Below, piece by piece: positions 1-4,672 of a stretch of 5,550 nt of DNA (position 1 is its first letter; every line of letters begins with the position of its first letter). The translations under genes were made by a program, and so were the position numbers. Where the stretch lies: positions 1 to 5,550 of IMG/VR virus record IMGVR_UViG_3300045988_001679. One strand, written 5' to 3'. This DNA comes from a virus. The notes under the pieces are model-generated. The model made no database searches, was not told the DNA's origin, and saw only the letters and a list, made by a program, of their open reading frames with translations.

Positions 1-99
1 CTCCCAGATGTCCGTTTTTGATTCCGTCATTGAACGATATCCCGGGTTTGGTTGTTTCTCCGGGTGATGACACGCTTGTTGCATTGAAGTTTGCCCCAA
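1..99. repeat. Terminal redundancy: 1-99 is identical to 5452-5550. This is a circular-genome overlap (unit 5451 bp), not a biological repeat.
   Basis: Exact 99-nt identity at both window ends. The VP1 reading frame is continuous across the junction only if the sequence is circularised at this overlap. Confidence 0.9.
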
Positions 100-868
100 A
101 GTCATGTTGCAGCCGCTCTTCAAGTTTTTCTGTTTTGAACGTTGTTACAGGTGCATTTCCTGTCAGTGCAATTGTTACTTCCGGTCCTCTCTGCGGATAC
201 GGCAGACAACTTGAGAAGTAATCGTGGAATCGGCTTACAGGTAAGCACCGTCCACCTTTGTATGCGTTTTTGAGTGTTGCATCTTTATCATTTTCGTCGT
301 TGTCCTGGTAGTTTACTGTTTCATCTCCCGTTGAGTTTACTGCGGGGTTTCCGACGTTTTGGTCTCTGAAAAATTCGTTCCAGATTTTTACGTATGCTCT
401 TATCGGTAGTGCGTTGATTTCTATGTCTAGCTCTTTTCCTTTTTTAATTCTTGTTGGCACTCCCATGTAGTCAAGGATTCCGTTTGCGTATGGTAATTTT
501 TCTTCTTCGGTTTCGTCTCCTTTGATTCTGATTGTTGGAATCTTGTATGTTTTTGTTGGCATCCACGGATTATCGTCTGCTTCGCCCATGAATCGCTTGA
601 AGTTATCCCATAGGATTCTGTTCGGGCAGAAGAAGTAGTAGAAGTCGATAAATGCATCGTCAAAAACCGGGTATTTCGGTGTGGTCATTCGGATGATTGC
701 CGCTGTATCCACGCTGAAAGTATCGCCGGGTAGTACTTCGTCTACATAGAACGGAATCAGCTTGCCTGCATCGAAGGTTGTCAGAATGTTCTGGTCTCTG
801 TTGAAGCGTGTCCGGCTGACGTGTGTTTCTGGTACTTGGTTGAAGTGTCTCTCATTATTCCGGTTCAT
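1..868 (-). CDS. Major capsid protein VP1 (F-like), N-terminal 289 codons. The gene starts at ATG 868-866, runs off the left edge and continues at 5451 on the circular genome.
   Basis: Minus-strand translation from 868 gives MNRNNERHFNQVPETHVSRTRFNRDQNILTTFDAGKLIPFYVDEVLPGDTFSVDTAAIIRMTTPKYPVFDDAFIDFYYFFCPNRILWDNFKRFMGE... and later ...GGRCLPVSRFHDYFSSCLPYPQRG. These are canonical gokushovirus VP1 N-terminal motifs. The frame is open to position 1 and in phase with the 4673..5524 ORF once 1 is mapped to 5452. The start ATG overlaps the upstream gene stop as ATGA. GGAG lies 11 nt upstream. Confidence 0.93.
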   Translation of the reverse strand, partial: MNRNNERHFNQVPETHVSRTRFNRDQNILTTFDAGKLIPFYVDEVLPGDTFSVDTAAIIRMTTPKYPVFDDAFIDFYYFFCPNRILWDNFKRFMGEADDNPWMPTKTYKIPTIRIKGDETEEEKLPYANGILDYMGVPTRIKKGKELDIEINALPIRAYVKIWNEFFRDQNVGNPAVNSTGDETVNYQDNDENDKDATLKNAYKGGRCLPVSRFHDYFSSCLPYPQRGPEVTIALTGNAPVTTFKTEKLEERLQHDFGANFNATSVSSPGETTKPGISFNDGIKNGHLG

Positions 869-1257
869 TGTTCATTGTTCTCCTCTTGTTTCTTTGGTTC
901 GCTTGCTGCCTTTTCCTGCATTCGCTGCAGTTCCTTTGCGTTGGCTTGTGCTGTTGCCATCATGGCGTGATATTCGTGAATATTGGTAGGCCATTCGGTC
1001 ATATCCACGGTCTCGTCCGTTTTTGCGCTATCTACCAGACTTTTTGCAAACTGCGGGTCAAAGCTAGCCTTGCGGACGATGTTTTTGATGTCGCATTCGT
1101 CTGCGTAGCTTTCGATTTCAGCTTGAATGTCGATTGATTCTGTTTCAATCAGCTTGTTTTCTCCTTCTTTGTCTTTGCCCCAGACGTACTGTTTACGCAT
1201 TTTTTCGCCTGGATTTGAAAAGAAGGGCTCCCGCCCTTCTTCGTATCTCTTATTCAT
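865..1257 (-). CDS. 130-aa acidic protein immediately upstream of and coupled to VP1; possible VP3 internal scaffolding protein. The track gives a 149-aa version from 1314.
   Basis: ATG 1257 preceded by SD GGGAGGG (8-nt spacer) and overlapping the previous stop. Stop TGA overlaps the VP1 ATG (ATGA). Contains YADECDIKNIV, which resembles the E-C-D-I-N motif I recall from Chlamydia-phage/gokushovirus VP3 scaffold proteins. That is memory only, not verified. Confidence 0.5.
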   Translation of the reverse strand: MNKRYEEGREPFFSNPGEKMRKQYVWGKDKEGENKLIETESIDIQAEIESYADECDIKNIVRKASFDPQFAKSLVDSAKTDETVDMTEWPTNIHEYHAMMATAQANAKELQRMQEKAASEPKKQEENNEQ

Positions 1258-1492
1258 GCGTTTTGCCCTCCCAGACTTTTTCCGGCTCGATGCTTCTGAA
1301 TTCGCCGGTTTCATCGTTGAAGTTTGCGATGTGGTAGCCTTTGTAGTCTTCGGGCGACTGGCCTAGAAACGTTTTTTCATCTTTTTCCATGATTTCGCAC
1401 ATTCGTGCAAAGGTCTTGTCGTTTTTGCTCTCGCCGATGTAGCAGTAGCACTTTGCTACGCTGTCGTAGATGCCATAGTATCCGTGAATCAT
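1250..1492 (-). CDS. Hypothetical protein, 80 aa (ORFan)
   Basis: ATG 1492 preceded by SD AAAGGAG (8-nt spacer). Stop TAA 1252-1250 overlaps the next gene start region (ATGAATAA). No recognisable motif. Confidence 0.55.
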   Translation of the reverse strand: MIHGYYGIYDSVAKCYCYIGESKNDKTFARMCEIMEKDEKTFLGQSPEDYKGYHIANFNDETGEFRSIEPEKVWEGKTHE

Positions 1493-1590
1493 CTTTTTTT
1501 CTCCTTTACAGTCTGATGCCGCCTCGCATGGGTTTCTGGCTTAAGTTGATACTCTTTGTTTTGCGTGCCGTCACGTTGAACATTCGTTTG

Positions 1591-1836
1591 TCAGTGCGTA
1601 CTGGCATTTTCTGCCTGTGCTTCATGTGTGTACTCCCTTCTGAGCAGCTCTAGTTCGATGTCATTTGCCCATTTCTTCATAATCCAGATTCGGTCAATGA
1701 TTTTTTTTGCTTCTTCTGAGCTGGAGACTTTTTTTATCATCTTGTATCCAGCTTCTATCTGTTTGTATAGTCTTTCGGCTTCTAGCCTAATATCTTCTTC
1801 GGGCTGGTCTCGTACGTTCCATGTTTTGTGCATCAT
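1591..1836 (-). CDS. Hypothetical protein, 81 aa (ORFan, predicted helical, charged)
   Basis: ATG start with SD AAGGAG 6 nt upstream. Same strand as all the recognisable genes. No recognisable motif. Confidence 0.55.
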   Translation of the reverse strand: MMHKTWNVRDQPEEDIRLEAERLYKQIEAGYKMIKKVSSSEEAKKIIDRIWIMKKWANDIELELLRREYTHEAQAENASTH

Positions 1837-1839
1837 GCT

Positions 1840-1944
1840 TTACTCCTTTTCTTTCAGGATGTGATAGATCTCGTCGAGCTTTTCCAGAACTTTTTTGATC
1901 ATCTGGATTGCTTCCCGCAGATCTTTGACCTTAATCAATGCCAT
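1840..1944 (-). CDS. Micro-ORF, 34 aa (MALIKVKDLREAIQMIKKVLEKLDEIYHILKEKE). Predicted amphipathic helix. Not in the supplied ORF track.
   Basis: ATG 1944 sits 3 nt after the peptidase stop (TAA 1950-1948), with SD AAAGGGGGTG 6 nt upstream. Its own last codons (AAGGAG TAA) form the SD for the next gene (ATG 1836). Fits the coupled gene chain. Confidence 0.45.
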   Translation of the reverse strand: MALIKVKDLREAIQMIKKVLEKLDEIYHILKEKE

Positions 1945-1947
1945 TGG

Positions 1948-2331
1948 TTACACCCCCTTTCTGTATCTATTTTCACGCACATCCACGTGTACGAAGTTGG
2001 TGTATCTGATTATTCCGCCTTGTTCCATGATGCTATCTGCGTACTTTGCAACTTCTTTACTTGAGCGTCCTTTTACTACGATATCGGCGGCCATTCCTTT
2101 GCAATGGTATGAATTTGGTGTTCCACCTACTTTTGTATTCCAGCTCGGTGTGCGGTATCCGCTGTTGATGATGACCGGAGTGTCGAAGTGGTTTCTGATT
2201 GTTTCCAAGATTTCGAGTAGTTTAGGTGCCCACAAGAATTCTTTTGTTTTGTCTTTGCATCTAAACTCTTCAGCTTTGAAGTGTTGCGTTAATCGGTCGT
2301 TGTTTGTTTGGTTTAAGATTGCTGTACTCAT
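1948..2331 (-). CDS. Peptidase M15 family zinc D,D-/L,D-peptidase (Peptidase_M15_3 / VanY-YcbK-like); putative peptidoglycan hydrolase (lysis). 127 aa from ATG 2331. The alternative TTG start at 2412 gives 154 aa.
   Basis: Motifs SGYRTPSWNTKVGGTPNSYHCKGMAADI and FVHVDV match the H...D...H zinc-ligand signature of the M15 family. ATG 2331 is preceded by SD AAGAGGTGG (7-nt spacer) and by the promoter at 2382-2354, which lies inside the longer TTG-initiated ORF. No signal peptide or TM segment. Confidence 0.85.
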   Translation of the reverse strand: MSTAILNQTNNDRLTQHFKAEEFRCKDKTKEFLWAPKLLEILETIRNHFDTPVIINSGYRTPSWNTKVGGTPNSYHCKGMAADIVVKGRSSKEVAKYADSIMEQGGIIRYTNFVHVDVRENRYRKGV

Positions 2332-2353
2332 TTTTTTACCACCTCTTGTTTTT

Positions 2354-2400
2354 TTTATATCATACCCGGCTTGATAAGTCAAGGATTTTTGAAAAAAATT
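2354..2400 (-). promoter_or_regulatory. Sigma70-type promoter on the minus strand: -35 TTGACT (2382-2377), 17-nt spacer, extended -10 TGaTATAAA (2362-2354), AT-rich UP-like tract (2400-2383). Predicted TSS about 2347.
   Basis: Read directly on the minus strand: AATTTTTTTCAAAAATCC TTGACT tatcaagccgggtatga TATAAA aaaaacAAGAGGTGGtaaaaaaATG. Near-consensus hexamers, 17-bp spacing, TGn extended -10, then SD and the ATG of the peptidase. Confidence 0.6.
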
Positions 2401-2433
2401 TTTGACGTTCAAGTCGGATGCCCGCGGCAGGCG

Positions 2434-2536
2434 TTTTCAACATTTTCAACATACTTTTCAACATTTCAACATTGTTAAACTTTAGCATAATAGAGTGTTT
2501 CAACAATTCAACAAGTTTTCAACAAATCTTTCAACA
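2434..2536. repeat. Eight same-orientation copies of TTCAACA (mostly TTTTCAACA) in two clusters of four (2436-2471 and 2499-2536). Start-to-start spacings are 9, 12, 8, 34, 8, 11 and 12 bp, with phased T-tracts. Iteron-like array / curved DNA upstream of the promoter.
   Basis: Copies begin at 2436, 2445, 2457, 2465, 2499, 2507, 2518 and 2530. There is a degenerate ninth copy (TTCAACT) at 2584. TTTTCAACA differs by one base from the DnaA-box consensus TTWTNCACA. Confidence 0.7.
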
Positions 2537-2635
2537 TTTCTTTTCAGCTGTTTTTTACGCTCTGTCGTTATAAAATAGTAGTTTTCAACTTTTCCACATA
2601 CTCTACTACTACGACTACAACAAGTTATATTATAA

Positions 2636-2684
2636 TACGTGCGCACGCGTGCGCGTGTACTTTTCGCGTGTACGTGTGTGCGCG
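2636..2684. repeat. GC-rich strictly alternating pyrimidine/purine tracts (25 nt at 2636-2660; 20 nt at 2665-2684) with a perfect 14-bp palindrome GCGCACGCGTGCGC (2641-2654) and the direct repeat CGCGTGTAC x2. Z-DNA / cruciform-prone element.
   Basis: Sequence tacgtgcgcacgcgtgcgcgtgtac ttttcgcgtgtacgtgtgtgcgcg. This is the only GC-rich island inside an AT-rich non-coding region. Confidence 0.7.
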
Positions 2685-2704
2685 ATTAGAATAATTAGTT
2701 AAAT
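2677..2704. other. Possible dif-like XerC/XerD recombination motif (TGTGCGCGATT AGAATA ATTAGTTAAAT)
   Basis: Partial match to E. coli dif GGTGCGCATAA TGTATA TTATGTTAAAT (GTGCGC in the left arm, GTTAAAT at the right end; about 18/28 ungapped). Gokushovirus prophages of Enterobacteria are reported to integrate at dif. Confidence 0.3.
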
Positions 2705-2744
2705 AGTAATAATTATCACTTTTCACGTGAGACTAAACAATAAT

Positions 2745-2776
2745 AGCCCAGTACCTTACTTGATAGGTACTGGGCT
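2745..2776 (-). terminator. Perfect 11-bp stem / 10-nt loop hairpin (AGCCCAGTACC ... GGTACTGGGCT), 12 nt downstream of the Rep stop. Likely intrinsic terminator closing the genome-long transcription unit; could also be an ssDNA-form priming/ori hairpin.
   Basis: 2745-2755 is the exact reverse complement of 2766-2776. In mRNA sense it is followed by AUUAUUGUUU (U-rich). It sits between the Rep stop (2791-2789) and the AT-rich non-coding region. Confidence 0.5.
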
Positions 2777-2788
2777 AGGTGACACCAA

Positions 2789-3808
2789 TTATAAAATACC
2801 ACGCTTTTTCGTTTGTTTTTTGGTGACACGTTCTTTTGTCTCTAGGATCGTTTTATAGTCCTTTCCTTCCAGCTGTAGACGCTTCTGCTCTATTGCGTTT
2901 TTCTGCCTGTTTTGTTTGATTCTCCACAGTCTTTGTGGGTTTTCTGCTTCCATCTGCTTTTCGTAGTATCTAGGAATTTGTGCTTGTTTTCCGTTGCTGC
3001 ATTGAATGTATCCTTGTTTCCAAATTTCTGCCTTGTGCTCTTGGTAGTAATGGTCTCCAAGGCCCGGCTTTAGACTCATGCAAGCAAATGGCTTTGTTTG
3101 TCCCAACTCGTAGTATGCATTGGCTTTTTTTCCGTCTATTTCGTACATTTTTTTTGTAACATACCCTGCAACATATCTATAGGTTTCTGGAACGGCTTGC
3201 GCTATCTGTATTTGACCCATGCCCCACAGGTCTTTCAACCACTCGCTGGTGTAGTATCCATTGTGGTGAATTTTGTACAAGTTTTTTAGGTCTGTCGGCT
3301 CCCAACCATATAGTATCATGTGATAGTGCGGTCTCGCTGTTTGTTCTCCGTATTCACCCGCTACAAAATAGCGTAATTTGCTCCTGTAAGCCTTTCTGAG
3401 ACGTTTTAAGAATTTTTGAATATCCTCATATAGCAGAATTTGTACGCTGTCTGGGCGCTTCTCTCCCGGCTTCCATGTGTATTGTACTTTTCGCATGATT
3501 TCGCCTGTCTTTACTATCATGCCTGGTACGTGGTCATCGTCATAAGTTAGTGTGATAAACCATACCTGCTCTTTTGGGTAATCTCTTGCTTCCAGCTCGA
3601 TTCGTGTTGTCCAGTCCTCTCGCTGCCTGATTCTGCATCCGATGCATTGTCCGCATGGTATCAACATAACTTTCGGATTATACATCAAATCTTCATATCT
3701 TAGCTGTTTCCCGCTTAACTGAGAAATGCGGGCGAGTGAATACACCCGCCCGCTCACTTCCTTGTTGTTTGGGTTGTACAGCCTGATTAGTGGCTTGTAA
3801 CAACTCAC
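2789..3808 (-). CDS. VP4 rolling-circle replication initiator (HUH Rep), about 339 aa. Start GTG 3808-3806 overlaps the VP2 stop (GTGA). The track version extended to 3979 is less likely.
   Basis: HUH endonuclease motifs in order: WFITLTYDD (motif I), [10 protein letters not shown] (motif II, HxH), [11 protein letters not shown] (motif III, catalytic Tyr). N-terminal Cys cluster SCYKPL...[10 protein letters not shown]. Excellent SD AGGAGGAGGAAG plus a 6-nt A spacer before GTG 3808. The 3979 GTG has no RBS, and the first in-frame ATG is at 3685. Confidence 0.9.
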   Translation of the reverse strand: MSCYKPLIRLYNPNNKEVSGRVYSLARISQLSGKQLRYEDLMYNPKVMLIPCGQCIGCRIRQREDWTTRIELEARDYPKEQVWFITLTYDDDHVPGMIVKTGEIMRKVQYTWKPGEKRPDSVQILLYEDIQKFLKRLRKAYRSKLRYFVAGEYGEQTARPHYHMILYGWEPTDLKNLYKIHHNGYYTSEWLKDLWGMGQIQIAQAVPETYRYVAGYVTKKMYEIDGKKANAYYELGQTKPFACMSLKPGLGDHYYQEHKAEIWKQGYIQCSNGKQAQIPRYYEKQMEAENPQRLWRIKQNRQKNAIEQKRLQLEGKDYKTILETKERVTKKQTKKRGIL

Positions 3809-4650
3809 TTTTTTCTTCCTCCTCCTGCGTGGAATTTTCCTCCGCCCGCGTTGAATGGAATTGTTTTTTCTGTATCTTCCATCTGTTCGTATGTTTTTAG
3901 CAGGTCTTTTGTTAGCTCGTATGGGCTTGTATAGCCTTTTGACATTTGGGTTCCTACGGCTTCGGAGAGCTGATACCACGTTGATTTTGCAATGCTTTTA
4001 TTGTAGTAGCTGTTTGGCACGTTGCCGCTTAGCGCAGATACTCCCAGAGCGCTTGATGTTGGCATTCCCATGCTTGCGCCTGTGATTGTTGCACCTGCAC
4101 CTCCCGGTGTGCTTGCTCCGCCCTGTGCGTATGCCAAAATCGGGTTTAGTCCTGCTTTTCGCATATCTTCTACGGCTCTTTGATATGCTGTGTTGCTCAT
4201 TCTTTCTTGGAAATTGCGGTTTGCTAGCGCTTCTGCGCTGTTGTATTGCATTGCGGCGTTTTGTTCGATGTGGTTGTAAATACCCTGTTGGATTGCCCCC
4301 AGCGTGTTATAGCCCATCTGCATGAGCATGTTTTGTCGGTTTGTTTTGCTTTGGAATGCGTTTTGCCCGCCCTGCCAGTTGTAGTATTGACTGAGATATT
4401 TCATTATCTGTTCGTCATTCGTGCCGCCTTCTGCAACGCTTAGTGATGTTCCACCGCCCTTTCCTGTGCTTACGTTGCTTCCTTGGCTGATGTTTTCGCT
4501 TTTTTGGCCGTACATTGATGATAGTCCACCGCCCAGCAGTTGCATCGCTCCGGTTATGACTGCTGGGTTCTGTGCTAACCATGCTCCTGCTTTGGCTGCT
4601 CCACTTGCAAGCATTGCTCCTAGTCCTGCCATTTTAAATATAGCCCGCAT
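3805..4650 (-). CDS. VP2 minor capsid / DNA pilot protein (281 aa)
   Basis: Gly/Ala/Gln-rich protein with the conserved motif [22 protein letters not shown] typical of gokushovirus VP2. Located directly downstream of VP1. Strong SD AAGGAGGAA lies 12 nt before ATG 4650, 22 nt after the VP1 stop. C-terminal [13 protein letters not shown]. Confidence 0.85.
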   Translation of the reverse strand: MRAIFKMAGLGAMLASGAAKAGAWLAQNPAVITGAMQLLGGGLSSMYGQKSENISQGSNVSTGKGGGTSLSVAEGGTNDEQIMKYLSQYYNWQGGQNAFQSKTNRQNMLMQMGYNTLGAIQQGIYNHIEQNAAMQYNSAEALANRNFQERMSNTAYQRAVEDMRKAGLNPILAYAQGGASTPGGAGATITGASMGMPTSSALGVSALSGNVPNSYYNKSIAKSTWYQLSEAVGTQMSKGYTSPYELTKDLLKTYEQMEDTEKTIPFNAGGGKFHAGGGRKK

Positions 4651-4672
4651 TTCTGCGGGCTTCCTCCTTTCT

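Noticed and set aside
1-99. Terminal 99-bp direct repeat considered as an LTR/att duplication of an integrated or mobile element
   Set aside because: VP1 reads continuously across the implied junction and the repeat falls inside a coding region. This is the signature of a circular contig with assembly overlap.
427-663. Minus-strand 78-aa ORF inside the VP1 N-terminal region
   Set aside because: Alternate frame of VP1. Hydrophilic low-complexity product, no RBS, no recognisable motif. Most likely a chance open frame.
845-875. Upstream ATG at 875 with GGAG 4 nt away (MNNEPE-stop mini-ORF) as the VP1 start
   Set aside because: It terminates after six codons. The homology-supported VP1 frame starts at ATG 868, which overlaps the upstream stop.
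865-1314. 149-aa version of the VP3-like ORF starting at ATG 1314
   Set aside because: That start would overlap the preceding 80-aa ORF by 65 nt with no RBS. ATG 1257 has a GGGAGGG SD and the typical coupled overlap. The longer form is not excluded.
1493-1590. 25-aa minus-strand ORF (MFNVTARKTKSINLSQKPMRGGIRL) in the 98-nt gap between the 81- and 80-aa ORFs
   Set aside because: No RBS. It overlaps the SD of the next gene and has no supporting features.
2434-2536. TTCAACA repeat array considered as a CRISPR array
   Set aside because: Units are only 7-9 bp, spacers are 1-5 bp (apart from one 27-bp gap), and there are no spacer-sized unique segments. It is an iteron / curved-DNA array, not CRISPR.
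3809-3979. Arg/Lys-rich 57-aa segment at the front of the 396-aa Rep ORF, considered as a fused J/VP8-like DNA-binding domain
   Set aside because: The composition is explained by frame-shifted reading of the Gly-rich VP2 C-terminus. The 3979 start is GTG with no SD, whereas GTG 3808 has a near-perfect SD and a GTGA stop-start overlap.
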